From NCBI GenBank assembly GCA_965279375.1, contig OZ257156.1:2240001-2304000 (forward strand): DNA of 64,000 nt, read 5' to 3'. Source of the stretch: Gemmatimonas sp. Its GTDB lineage: Bacteria; Gemmatimonadota; Gemmatimonadetes; Gemmatimonadales; Gemmatimonadaceae. Of the stretch, positions 17,602 through 27,241 are shown one piece after another (position 1 is the stretch's first letter; every line of letters begins with the position of its first letter). Made by a program: the position numbers and the translations under genes. The notes under the pieces are model-generated. The model was not told where the DNA came from, made no database searches, and saw only the letters and a list, made by a program, of their open reading frames with translations.

Positions 17602-19662
17602 ATGGCAGGTGAGCCTACGTCCAGCGCCAGTGTGAGTTCGGGAAGCGACCGTCATTCCGATCGTGAGTTGCCGATTGGGGATGCCCTGCCGCAGATCATC
17701 GACATGTTGCCGTACGCGGCCGTGCTCTTCGCTGCGGACGGGCGTCTGCGCTTCTTCAACGCGCCCGCACGCTCGGTGTACGTCATCGATGAGATCGCCG
17801 CGCCCAGTTCGCAGACGGCGGAGCAGGTGCTCGGCGAGCTGCGGACGTACGCGCTTCCCGCGATGGCGCGCGTTCGCGAGTCGGGCACCTCGGAGAGCAC
17901 CACCCTGCATCTGAGCACCGATCGCTGGTTCGACATGCGCGTGATTCCGTTGATCGACGACATGGTGTACGTCGGCGCGGCCGATGTGACGCTTCGTGAG
18001 CGTCGCCGCGAAGCGCTCGAAGTTGGCGAGCGACGGCTGACGGCGATGTTCGCGCTGATGCCGGCGTCGGTTAGGGTGGCCCAGCTGTCCGGTCGCATCG
18101 AGCAGATCAGCGAGACGGCCAATCACGAACACCCGATGCCGCGTCCGGAAACGTTGCGCGAGCTGTGGACACGCGATGCGCCGGTCGATCTGTTGAGTGG
18201 CAAGGCAATTTCTTATTTGGATTGCCCGGGCGTACGCGCGATGGCGGGTGAGACCGTGCGCGGCGAGCTCCTGCACGTGCAGCGCGGCGGTCTGCAATCT
18301 CCCCGCGTGATCGATGCGTGGGCGTCGCCGCTGCGTGATCACGCGGGCAAGATCACCGGCGCCTTACTGCTCGACCGTGATGTCACCGATCAGGTGCGCG
18401 CCGAGCAGGCACTGCGCGACGAGCGTGCAGAGGTGGCGTCGCTGCGAGAGCAGGTGGCGCGCGAGGCCGATCGTATCGAAGCGTTGGTGGAGGAGCGAGC
18501 CCGTGAGCGTCTCGAGTTGGAGGAGACGCGTTCCCGCGATCGGCGATTGGCGGCGATGGGCCAACTCGCCGCGGGCGTCATGCACGACGTGAACAACTCG
18601 CTCAATCCGATCATGGCGGCGTCGTTTCTGCTCAAGCATTTCGCCGAGTCACCGGACGCGGTGCGCGACTATGCGGACCGTATTGCGAAGGCCGCAGAGA
18701 CGGCGGCGGCGACCGCGTCGCGTGTCGGACGATTCATTCGTCAGGAGCCGACCAGCATCTCCGCGAGCGAGCAGTTGGATCTGGCGAAGCTCGGGCACGA
18801 AGTACTCGATCTGACGGAGCCGATGCGCCAACGGTTGGCGCGCGGCGAGAACGAGGTGCGGGTGGTACGCCTACTGGACGGCCCGGTCTGGACTCGGGGC
18901 CTTCCCGGCGAGATTCGCGAAGCGCTCCTGAGCCTCGTCCAGAACGCCATCGATGCAATGCCCAAGGGCGGTACGCTGACCGTGCGGGCGTACGCGGAGG
19001 GCGATGAGGCGTGTGTGGCAGTTCAGGATAGCGGTGTCGGGATGACTGCAGACGTGCGTGAACGCGCGTTCGAGCCATTCTTCAGCACTAAGGGTGCTGG
19101 AGGAACCGGCCTCGGCCTGGCGGAGGTGTACGGCATCGCGCGACGGCATCGTGGCTCCGCGGCTATTGTAACAGTGCCTGGCGCAGGCACCACGGTCACG
19201 TTGCGTCTGCCGCTGGCGAGCGATGAGCTCTCCGACGCTGCTTTGGTCCCATCGACTGCGCCTAAGGCAGCGACCGTGCCGCAACGCGTGCTCGTGGTCG
19301 AGGATCACGAAGATGGACGGCGACTCGTGCGCCGAATGCTCGAGTCCCACGGGCACATCGTCGATGCGGTCGCGCTCTGTGCCGAAGCGCGAGAAAAGCT
19401 CGCCAGCAGCGAAAACGTGCCGTACAATCTACTTTTGACTGATGTGGGACTACCGGATGGGAGCGGGTGGGACCTGGTGTCGTACGCTCGGCACCATGTG
19501 CCGGGAATGCGTATTGGCGTGATTACGGGGTGGGAACCAATGGTCAGCGCCGACGATGCCGTCGGTGTGGAATTCATCCTGCGTAAACCATTACGCGCTG
19601 CTGAGTTGCTGGATCACGTTGCGGGCCGAATATCGTCCGCGCAAACCGAGTCAATTTCATGA
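17602..19662 (+). CDS. Hybrid PAS-like / histidine kinase / receiver protein
   Basis: GVMHDVNNSL H-box, QNAIDAM, DSGVGM, FEPFFSTKG, GTGLGL. C-terminal REC (VEDH, TDVGLP, RKP). No TM. Confidence 0.92.
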   Translation: MAGEPTSSASVSSGSDRHSDRELPIGDALPQIIDMLPYAAVLFAADGRLRFFNAPARSVYVIDEIAAPSSQTAEQVLGELRTYALPAMARVRESGTSESTTLHLSTDRWFDMRVIPLIDDMVYVGAADVTLRERRREALEVGERRLTAMFALMPASVRVAQLSGRIEQISETANHEHPMPRPETLRELWTRDAPVDLLSGKAISYLDCPGVRAMAGETVRGELLHVQRGGLQSPRVIDAWASPLRDHAGKITGALLLDRDVTDQVRAEQALRDERAEVASLREQVAREADRIEALVEERARERLELEETRSRDRRLAAMGQLAAGVMHDVNNSLNPIMAASFLLKHFAESPDAVRDYADRIAKAAETAAATASRVGRFIRQEPTSISASEQLDLAKLGHEVLDLTEPMRQRLARGENEVRVVRLLDGPVWTRGLPGEIREALLSLVQNAIDAMPKGGTLTVRAYAEGDEACVAVQDSGVGMTADVRERAFEPFFSTKGAGGTGLGLAEVYGIARRHRGSAAIVTVPGAGTTVTLRLPLASDELSDAALVPSTAPKAATVPQRVLVVEDHEDGRRLVRRMLESHGHIVDAVALCAEAREKLASSENVPYNLLLTDVGLPDGSGWDLVSYARHHVPGMRIGVITGWEPMVSADDAVGVEFILRKPLRAAELLDHVAGRISSAQTESIS

Positions 19663-20261
19663 CGGATCTCCCGTCGACTATTCGAGTTCTTGTGGCTGAA
19701 GACAATGCGCTGGAGCGCTCCACTCTCGTGGATCTGCTCGGCGTGCTTGGCCATATGGTCGTTGCCGAAGTGGAAACCGGCGCCGACGCCATCGCGAAGG
19801 CACAGCAGTTCACGCCCGATGCGGTGCTGCTGGACGTGCACATGCCGGGTGCCAGCGGTGTGCAAGCTGCAGAGGAAATTGCGCACGCGCTCCCCGGTAC
19901 CGCTGTGGTCCTCGTCACTGGCGATCTGTCGCTGACGCTCTCAGCCGCAGACGTATTGCGCAGCACCGCCGTCGCGTTGCTGGCCAAGCCGACACCACCG
20001 GCCACGCTCGACGCGACGCTGCGGATGGCCGTCATTCGGGCGCGTGAACTGTTGACGGCGCGTCGCGAAGCCGCCGATGCCAAGCAGCAGCTCGAGTCGC
20101 GCAAGTTGATCGAACGCGCGAAGGGCATTCTCCTGCGTCGCACCGGCAGCAGCGAGCAGGAAGCGTATCGTATCATGCAGCGCAGCAGTCAGGACCGCTC
20201 CGTGCCGATGGTGGACATCGCGCGGGCCGTCATCGACAGCGAGCCTGGTATGAAGAGCTAG
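19659..20261 (+). CDS. REC-ANTAR response regulator (AmiR/NasT/PdtaR-like)
   Basis: REC (AEDN, LDVHMP, AKP) plus ANTAR LESRKLIERAKGILL...EQEAYRIMQRSSQD. ATGA overlap. Confidence 0.93.
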   Translation: MTDLPSTIRVLVAEDNALERSTLVDLLGVLGHMVVAEVETGADAIAKAQQFTPDAVLLDVHMPGASGVQAAEEIAHALPGTAVVLVTGDLSLTLSAADVLRSTAVALLAKPTPPATLDATLRMAVIRARELLTARREAADAKQQLESRKLIERAKGILLRRTGSSEQEAYRIMQRSSQDRSVPMVDIARAVIDSEPGMKS

Positions 20262-20289
20262 CGTCTGGAGTACATGGCCTGACTCAAAG

Positions 20290-20326
20290 CACGAACGCGG
20301 CGCCCGGTGTGGGTGCCGCGTTCGTG
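20290..20326. terminator. Hairpin between convergent operons
   Basis: CACGAACGCGGCGCCC-GGTGT-GGGTGCCGCGTTCGTG, 16-bp stem with one G-U. Confidence 0.7.
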
Positions 20327-20386
20327 TGTAAGAGTACCCCGCGCTGTCAGTTGACCAAGATCGCCGGTTCACGCGATCAGCGTGCC

Positions 20387-20686
20387 TCAGAACGGCGGTG
20401 GCGGCTCTGCAGGCTTGACCGGATCGCTTGGGCCGCCGGTCGGCCACAGCTTGTGATGCACTTCGTCGATCCAGTCCACGAGGCCTACGCTGTTGGGCTT
20501 TTGAGTGTTCACCCATTTCAACAACGCCTGCAGCTTCTCTCGCGTCTTCGTGTGTTCGACCTTGAGCGAGTCCAGCGACGTCTCGAGCGTGGACACACGC
20601 GTGATCAGTCCGTCCACGCGCGAATCCTTGCCGCAACCTGTCACAAGCACCGCTACGGCTAGTACGAACAGCGTGCTTCGTTTCAT
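20387..20686 (-). CDS. Small lipoprotein with coiled coil and Pro-rich tail
   Basis: MKRSTLFVLAVAVLVTGC lipobox, GGAG RBS, ends PAEPPPPF. Confidence 0.75.
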   Translation of the reverse strand: MKRSTLFVLAVAVLVTGCGKDSRVDGLITRVSTLETSLDSLKVEHTKTREKLQALLKWVNTQKPNSVGLVDWIDEVHHKLWPTGGPSDPVKPAEPPPPF

Positions 20687-20712
20687 CTGCAAGGCTCCCG
20701 CGTTGAGAGGAG

Positions 20713-23601
20713 TCAACGGTTCGTCGGGCGCAATCGTTCGATAGCTCCCACGCGCGTCCTAAATTGCACGGCCTCGTTAGGCTTGTCTAGCGAATCTGCG
20801 ACGCGTGCGCGGAGCTCGAGACTGCGTCTGAGAAACGCGAGGTAGATCTGCGGCTGAACGTGCTCGAGATGTGCGGCGGTCTGCGACGCATCGGCGAAGG
20901 CGCCTCGCGCGAACTGCAACTCGGCCAGCGTCATGCGCTCGACGCCCAACGGCTCGAACAGTTCGTAGGTGAGCGAGTCACGCCGTGCCGACGGTGCGAG
21001 CTGCCCATATGCCGCGATCGCGCCGGTCGTATCACGCACGGCCAGCAGCAGTCGCGCACGCATCGCCTGCGCAAAGAGCCGCTCACGTCGACCGCCCGTG
21101 CGCGCGACACTGTCGCTGATCGCACTCATCGCGCGAAGGCGCGCCGTGTCGCCGGTGAATGCGTGCCACAGTCCCAGCACCCAACGTGTTTGCGGACTCG
21201 CGCGTTCGTACGACGCGCCGTATGCCTTCTGCGCGAAGCCGGCAGCTTCGTCGGCCTTGGGCGCCATCAGCGTTCGGTCCACGCCGGCCATCGCGTCGAT
21301 GATGTAGAGCGCGCGCGCCTGCGACGTACCGGCGGCAACGGTGGAATCGAGCAGCGCGCGGAGCTCTGTGTCGCGATGGGTTGCGACGAGCAGACCCTGC
21401 AAGTGCAGTAGCGCAGACCATCGGACCCCGGCGGCTGTCGTCGTCGACTGCAGCAGCGCGCGCAGTCCATCTTCCGCGCAGGTGGGATACGCAAAGTGCG
21501 CCAACAGCTCGCGTGACGCGGCGAGTACGGCAGGGGCATCCAGCTGCACGGCATCCTTCCAAACCGGCGCATCCCCGCGCACGCACGCGGACATCAACGG
21601 CAATTCGCGCACGAGCGACGGCTCCGCACCAAGCGAATTCAGCATCGCCACGATCGCATCGCCGCGCGCCACATCGCCGCGTCGCAGCGCAATCTCCGCG
21701 AGATGAAAGAGCGGCGGCGTGAATGCCGAATCGCGCGCGATCGCTTTGTTCAGCCAGTGCTCCGCCGCCGAGTCAGGTGGCGCCGCCGGTCCGCCAAGCA
21801 GATGATGATGCACCTCAGCGAGCGCCATCGCGGCTTCTGGATTTTCGTGGTCGCTCTCGAGCAGCTTTCCGAGTACGAGACGCGCGGAGTCCGCCTTGCC
21901 TTGCAGGTAAAACAGCAGCCCGTTCGCAAACGCCCGATGGCGCGCGGGCAGTCCGGCGCCACGCTCACTTGCCAGTGATGCCAGCGACTCGGCTTCATCG
22001 AGACGCGATTCCCAGCTGGCCGCCTGCGCGCCGCGAATGGCCGCAATCGCGAGCGCGCTGTCCTCGTGTACGGCACGACGAAAGAGCTCGAGCGCCAGCG
22101 CAAAGTGCGACTGCCGGTACTCCCGCTCTCCCTGAATCCACAGTGCCACGGCACTGGGCGACCGCTGCGTGAGATCGCCGAGATCGATGCGGCGCGTGGG
22201 GTCGAGCAGGCGCGGGAGCAATCGCGCGGCAGCGCGCAGTCCAAGCGTTGGCACCGAGACCGTTGAGTCACCGCTCGCACTCTCCTGCGCAACGAGCGAA
22301 TCCCCTTGCGCGTCGTGCAGTCGCAACACGACTTCCGTGCGTCCACCACGTCGCGAGATGGCGCCGTCCACGTAGTGCAGCGCACCGCGCTCGCGCGCGA
22401 TCTGCCCCGCCACGTCAGCCGTAAGCAGCCGGAGGTCCTGACGCATAGCCGGAGCGAGACGGCTGTAGCCGTCGATGACCCGCAGCGGCTCGGCGTGCTC
22501 GAGCGACGCGCTGATCGCGATGGCAACGTCCCAGCCGAGTGCGCTCGCGTCGGCCGAATCGCTGCTGCTCTGCAGCGGAAGCACCACGACGCGATTGCGG
22601 TCGAGTACGGGCGCTCGCTGGGACCACCAAACGCCAACGGCAGCGGCGAGCGCTAGGCATAGCGCTGCGATGAACATCGGGCGTGCGCGTGACGGACGCG
22701 CGGGTTCCGCCACGGTCGCGTGGGACGAGGACGGCGTGATCGTGCCCACGCCGTACGACGGCGTGGTGGGATTCGCCAATGCGGCTGCGAGTTCGTTCGC
22801 CGACGTGAAGCGATCCGCGGGGACCTTCTCCATCGCACGGTCGAGAGCGGCCAGCACGTGCGGCGGCACCGTGGGGCGCACGATGGTAAGTGGCGTTGGG
22901 CGATCGCTGATGTGACGCGCGATGACGGCGTGCGGCGTAGCCGCCGTGAACGGAGGGTCGCCCGCCAGCATTTCGTAGAGCACACAGCCCAAGCTGTAGA
23001 TGTCGCTGCGCGCGCCGACTTCCGAATCGGCCGATGCCTGCTCGGGGCTCATGTAGGCAACCGTCCCCACCGCGAATCCGCTGTCGGTCAAGCGCTCGGC
23101 GGCATCGCCAACCACACGAGCGACGCCGAAGTCCGTCAGCATTGCGTGTCCCGACGAGAGCAGGATGTTCTCCGGCTTCACGTCGCGGTGCACGACCCCT
23201 TGCTCGTGCGCATAGGCGAGCGCGCTCGCGATCTCGGATGCGATGCGTACGGCATCGGCGACCGGAAGCTGACGCTCTCGGCGCAGCCGTTCACGCAATG
23301 GTTCGCCACCGATGAACGGCATCGCGCAGAAGACGTGCGGTCCGCGCTGCCCCCATTCGAGCACCGGCACGATGTTCGGATGCTGCAACCGCGCTTCGAT
23401 ACGAATCTCCTGCTGGAAACGCGCGGCGCCGACACTGGTCGCGATCTCCTCGCGCAGGACTTTAATGGCAACCGTGCGATCGTGCCGAAGGTCGCGCGCA
23501 CGATAGACCACTCCCATCCCACCGCGACCGATTTCGCCTTCGATCGCGTAGTCGTCGCCGAGAGCTCGCTGCAGAGAATCGAATTGCTCGTCCACGCTCA
23601 T
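20713..23601 (-). CDS. Hanks-type Ser/Thr protein kinase with TM and TPR-like C-terminal region
   Basis: GRGGMGVV, VAIK, HRDVKPEN, DFG, YMSPEQ, TM FIAALCLALAAAVGVWW, helical repeats. Confidence 0.93.
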   Translation of the reverse strand: MSVDEQFDSLQRALGDDYAIEGEIGRGGMGVVYRARDLRHDRTVAIKVLREEIATSVGAARFQQEIRIEARLQHPNIVPVLEWGQRGPHVFCAMPFIGGEPLRERLRRERQLPVADAVRIASEIASALAYAHEQGVVHRDVKPENILLSSGHAMLTDFGVARVVGDAAERLTDSGFAVGTVAYMSPEQASADSEVGARSDIYSLGCVLYEMLAGDPPFTAATPHAVIARHISDRPTPLTIVRPTVPPHVLAALDRAMEKVPADRFTSANELAAALANPTTPSYGVGTITPSSSHATVAEPARPSRARPMFIAALCLALAAAVGVWWSQRAPVLDRNRVVVLPLQSSSDSADASALGWDVAIAISASLEHAEPLRVIDGYSRLAPAMRQDLRLLTADVAGQIARERGALHYVDGAISRRGGRTEVVLRLHDAQGDSLVAQESASGDSTVSVPTLGLRAAARLLPRLLDPTRRIDLGDLTQRSPSAVALWIQGEREYRQSHFALALELFRRAVHEDSALAIAAIRGAQAASWESRLDEAESLASLASERGAGLPARHRAFANGLLFYLQGKADSARLVLGKLLESDHENPEAAMALAEVHHHLLGGPAAPPDSAAEHWLNKAIARDSAFTPPLFHLAEIALRRGDVARGDAIVAMLNSLGAEPSLVRELPLMSACVRGDAPVWKDAVQLDAPAVLAASRELLAHFAYPTCAEDGLRALLQSTTTAAGVRWSALLHLQGLLVATHRDTELRALLDSTVAAGTSQARALYIIDAMAGVDRTLMAPKADEAAGFAQKAYGASYERASPQTRWVLGLWHAFTGDTARLRAMSAISDSVARTGGRRERLFAQAMRARLLLAVRDTTGAIAAYGQLAPSARRDSLTYELFEPLGVERMTLAELQFARGAFADASQTAAHLEHVQPQIYLAFLRRSLELRARVADSLDKPNEAVQFRTRVGAIERLRPTNR

Positions 23602-24152
23602 GGAGGCGTCTTGGAGAGTGAGTCGAGCACGAGTCTGAATGTCGGGTCGATCGGAGGTATGGTGCCGGCGCTATCGGCCGACAGCAGCCGGCGGAACAGC
23701 GTCTTGGCGTTCACGGGCGTGATCGCGTGCAGCGCGACGGCAGCACGGGTACGATAGGCACGTTGGAAATTCGCCACCGCGCTTCCGACGATGAACGCAG
23801 AGTCGCCAAGCGGACGGAGCGCCTGGTCGGCCGGGCTCTGTCGATCGAACTGCTCGCGCATTCTTCGGAAAGTCCTGCCGGTCGAGCGGGCGAAGTTCTG
23901 GCTGATCGAGTCCGGTGGTCCGTCGAGCGCACGGGTGAGCGAGGGCACCACGGCTATGCCGCGTGCAACGACACTGTCGCGCTCCCCGTCTACACACTCC
24001 TCGCAGGTGAGCCATCGCTCGACGCGCTGCCAGTCGGGGCTTTCGACGCGACTGCGGCTCGTGTCTGTTCTGCAGGCAACGGCGACGGTGCTCAACAGGA
24101 GGAGTATGAACAGATGGCTGCGACGTATTGCGACAACGAACTCTGCGTTCAT
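23598..24152 (-). CDS. Lipoprotein with CxxC motif and helical (HEAT-like) region
   Basis: Start ATG 24152 (MNAEFVV), LLLLSTVAVAC lipobox, WLTCEECVDGE, ATGA overlaps at both ends. Confidence 0.72.
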   Translation of the reverse strand: MNAEFVVAIRRSHLFILLLLSTVAVACRTDTSRSRVESPDWQRVERWLTCEECVDGERDSVVARGIAVVPSLTRALDGPPDSISQNFARSTGRTFRRMREQFDRQSPADQALRPLGDSAFIVGSAVANFQRAYRTRAAVALHAITPVNAKTLFRRLLSADSAGTIPPIDPTFRLVLDSLSKTPP

Positions 24153-25501
24153 TGGCACAGCACCGGAGGAGGGGTGGGCTTCGGACTCAGCACTGGCCGC
24201 ACGTCGGTGGACAGTGCTGGACATGTCGCGGTGGCGTACGGATCGCACGGACAAATGTTCGGGCCCTGACTCAGGTCGGCGTTGCGTTTGATCCACGACC
24301 GTCCATCCACGTGCATGCGATAGACCTGACCGAGCGTCAGTCGTTCTCGACCATCGAGCCCCGCGGCCGACCCGGGATTGACGAACATGACGTTGTCGCT
24401 GGCAAACCCATGCACTCGGTTGATGTGACCGGTGTCTGGTGCGATCAGTCCCAGTGCGTGTCCGAACTCGTGGGGGATCGTGGTGGATACTGCCCAGTTG
24501 CGCGAGATGAGAATGACGTTGGGTTCGCAGAAGTAACCGCGATTGATTCCGTCGATTCTTTCGATGTAGTAGATGTTCAGTTTCTGCGGATCCGGGGCGA
24601 CGTTCGTGGGTAGGTTGGGGATCTGCGAGCATTGATCGAACGTCGATGGCAGCAGTTGGCGAATCGTCGTTTGCATCGTTGGCGGGAATACGATACCGGC
24701 ACGCGCGTTTCGCAGGTCGCTTTCCGTGGCGAGCAACCCTGCGTCAACGAACTTTTTTGCCGAGTCCTGATGTATCAGGTCCACTCCGAGGACCACCTGC
24801 AGCGGAATCCGAATCGGAGGTCCGGCATCCACCGCAGTCACCATATCCTGATTGGTGCTCCAGGACATCGGGTGCCTGAGCAACGGGCGCGTGGACTCGG
24901 TGAACACGTTCGCCTCGGCGCGTAAGCACCCGCTGCTGCCGTTGATCTCACGCAGTGGAGCACTCGACACGAAGCTGGTGATGCGGTCGTAGTCGCAGTC
25001 GCTTGCATACTCGCCACTCAACATCGCGACGGCCGGCAAGTCGCCCGCCACATACGTCGCACTCACTTGGTCCGTCGGCGCCACGGCTGACGCGACCACC
25101 GCAACAAACGCGGTTCCCGTCAGCGTGCCGTTGGTGACGGTGAGCTTGATGACTTGGCCTGGTGAAAGTCCTCCGGGCATCGTGACGATCGCATCGCTTT
25201 TAGTGCCGACGATGGTGGGCGCGGTGGTCGACGCCGACCACGTCAGCACACCGGGATCGAGCGGTGCCCCTGTCGCGTCTTCCGAAACGACCGTGAGACG
25301 AAAGCTCAGGGGTGTGCCGGGTGCCGTGGCCCGTACCTGCACTACCTCGGGCAGGATGAGCAGGTATGGCGGTTGACGGAGGTTGAGGAAGGCCAAGCCC
25401 TGATTGCAGCCGCTGCCGATGAGCAGTGGCGCGAGCAGCGCGCACACCACGAGTCGACAGCACCGCACCACGTCTCCGAGACGAGCATTGGTCTGCACCA
25501 T
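24149..25501 (-). CDS. Lipoprotein with Ig-like region and Zn-metallopeptidase domain
   Basis: AGGAGA RBS, LIGSGC lipobox, HEFGHALGL, downstream NVM (Met-turn-like), Cys-rich tail. Confidence 0.78.
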   Translation of the reverse strand: MVQTNARLGDVVRCCRLVVCALLAPLLIGSGCNQGLAFLNLRQPPYLLILPEVVQVRATAPGTPLSFRLTVVSEDATGAPLDPGVLTWSASTTAPTIVGTKSDAIVTMPGGLSPGQVIKLTVTNGTLTGTAFVAVVASAVAPTDQVSATYVAGDLPAVAMLSGEYASDCDYDRITSFVSSAPLREINGSSGCLRAEANVFTESTRPLLRHPMSWSTNQDMVTAVDAGPPIRIPLQVVLGVDLIHQDSAKKFVDAGLLATESDLRNARAGIVFPPTMQTTIRQLLPSTFDQCSQIPNLPTNVAPDPQKLNIYYIERIDGINRGYFCEPNVILISRNWAVSTTIPHEFGHALGLIAPDTGHINRVHGFASDNVMFVNPGSAAGLDGRERLTLGQVYRMHVDGRSWIKRNADLSQGPNICPCDPYATATCPALSTDVRPVLSPKPTPPPVLCQ

Positions 25502-25573
25502 CGTTCTCCTCGGCGTTGAACTACGCCACTGACACCGCTGCTGCTGCGAGTTGCTGCTGCTTCGCCGCGCGCC

Positions 25574-27055
25574 CTACGAGATCGGCTTTCCCGGGGGCGG
25601 CCCGGACACCTGCTTCACGAGCTGATAGAGGAACTCGAGGCCGTCGTAGTACGACTTCACGCGCAGCTTCTCGTCGCGTCCGTGCGCGTTCGTTTCACCC
25701 GGCGCGGAAAAGATGCCGCTCACGCCGTAGGTGGGGATGCCGGCCGAGCGCAGGTACGCGCCGTCCGTGGCGCCGGTGGACATCGTGGGGATCACCGGCA
25801 CGTCGTTGAACATCTTCTTCGTGAGCGACGTGGTGACGGCGAGCAACGTCGGATCGATCGCCGCAGTCTTCTTGCCGAACCGGTCGCCACGCACCTCGCG
25901 CATCTTCACCTTCACGCCCGTGTCGGCCACGACGCGCTCGATGGTCGCCTTCACGTCTTCCGCTGTGGACGTAGGCACGATGCGGCAGTTCACCGTGGCG
26001 ACGGCGGTCTGAGGCAAGGCGTTATCCGCGTGGCCAGCGGCCAATCGCGTCGCGACACAACTTGTGCGCAGCATCGAGGCGTAGCGAGGATCGGTGGAGA
26101 TGATGCGTGCCGCCGCGGTGTCCGCCGGATTGGCGACGATCGCGCGCATCGCCGCCGCGATGGATGGGATCTCGACCTTGGAAGTTTGCGCGAAGAACGG
26201 ACGCGACACGTCATTCAGGTCTACGGGGAATACGAACTTCTCGAGCCGTGCGAGCGCGTTGGCGAGCTGATAGATCGCGTTGTCCTTGCGCGGCACGCTG
26301 GAGTGGCCGCCCGTGTTCAGCGCGGTCAGCGTGAAGTTCACCGGCACCTTCTCGGCGGCCTGCACCGAGTGAAAGAGCGGCTTGTCGTCCTGCAGTGTGC
26401 CGCCGCCACCTTCGTTGATCGCGTACTCGGCGTCGATGAGCGCCTTGTGATTGTTGATCAGCCACGAGACGCCGTTCGATCCACCGCCCTCTTCATCGGC
26501 CGTGAGCGCGAGAATGAGATCGCGCTGCGGCACGTAGCCTTCCTGTTTGTAGCGCAGCAGGTTGGCGACGAACATCGACGCCATCGACTTGTCGTCGGCC
26601 GTACCGCGTCCGAGGAAGTAACCGTTCTCTTCCACGAGCGTGAACGGGTCGCGCGGCCAGTCGCTGCGCAGTGCGGCCACGACATCGAGATGCGCGAGCA
26701 GCAGCAATGGCTTTCCCTGTCCCTTGCCATGATAGCGCACCACGAGATTGCCCTTCGTCGGGCGATCGGGTGGCACGAGCACCTGCACGTCGGCCGCGGG
26801 GAATCCGGCATCGAGGAATCGCTTGGCCATCGCGCGTGCGGCCTTCGTCACATCGCCAACGGAGTCAACCGTATTGATCTCGACCAGCTCCTTGTACACG
26901 GCACGCGCCGCCTGTTGCTGCGGTGTGAGCGTGGTCGGCGCACCGGGCGCGGACATGCCGGGAAGCTGCGCGTGCAGCGCGGGCGCGACGAGCGTGGACG
27001 CAACAAACGCGGCAGTAACGGCGACGGCCGCAGCGGTGTGACGACGGACGGGCAT
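25574..27055 (-). CDS. Secreted M20/M25/M40 metallopeptidase
   Basis: Signal peptide, LAHLDVV, GRGTADDK, ADEEGG, GATDG, NAHGRDE. Start placed at ATG 27055. Confidence 0.9.
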   Translation of the reverse strand: MPVRRHTAAAVAVTAAFVASTLVAPALHAQLPGMSAPGAPTTLTPQQQAARAVYKELVEINTVDSVGDVTKAARAMAKRFLDAGFPAADVQVLVPPDRPTKGNLVVRYHGKGQGKPLLLLAHLDVVAALRSDWPRDPFTLVEENGYFLGRGTADDKSMASMFVANLLRYKQEGYVPQRDLILALTADEEGGGSNGVSWLINNHKALIDAEYAINEGGGGTLQDDKPLFHSVQAAEKVPVNFTLTALNTGGHSSVPRKDNAIYQLANALARLEKFVFPVDLNDVSRPFFAQTSKVEIPSIAAAMRAIVANPADTAAARIISTDPRYASMLRTSCVATRLAAGHADNALPQTAVATVNCRIVPTSTAEDVKATIERVVADTGVKVKMREVRGDRFGKKTAAIDPTLLAVTTSLTKKMFNDVPVIPTMSTGATDGAYLRSAGIPTYGVSGIFSAPGETNAHGRDEKLRVKSYYDGLEFLYQLVKQVSGPPPGKPIS

Positions 27056-27241
27056 GGGTCGGCTGGTGAGGGTTAAACGCGAAGGTACCAGACGGAAGGA
27101 TCTCCGGCGAGGGGACGAATCGATCATTCGGGATTCCTTCACCGCGGCGCCAGGAGTGGCATCAAGGGCGGCACCAATGTTGCCCGCCCATGTGGCTGCC
27201 GGCCGGTGGCCGGCTCTCTCTTTCGCCGCGAGGCACGCACC

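Noticed and set aside
20387..25501. Genomic island status for the kinase operon
   Set aside because: Codon usage looks somewhat less GC3-biased by eye, but there is no integrase, tRNA or flanking direct repeat, and I cannot quantify composition here.
25536..25561. Short GCT-triplet run upstream of the protease lipoprotein gene
   Set aside because: Too short and imperfect to call a repeat or a remnant of the palindromic element.
27161..27184. Two C-AANGNN-G loops resembling an ANTAR dual-hairpin target upstream of the His-rich gene
   Set aside because: The stems have only 1-2 base pairs and a stronger competing hairpin covers the region. It would need a covariance-model hit to be credible.
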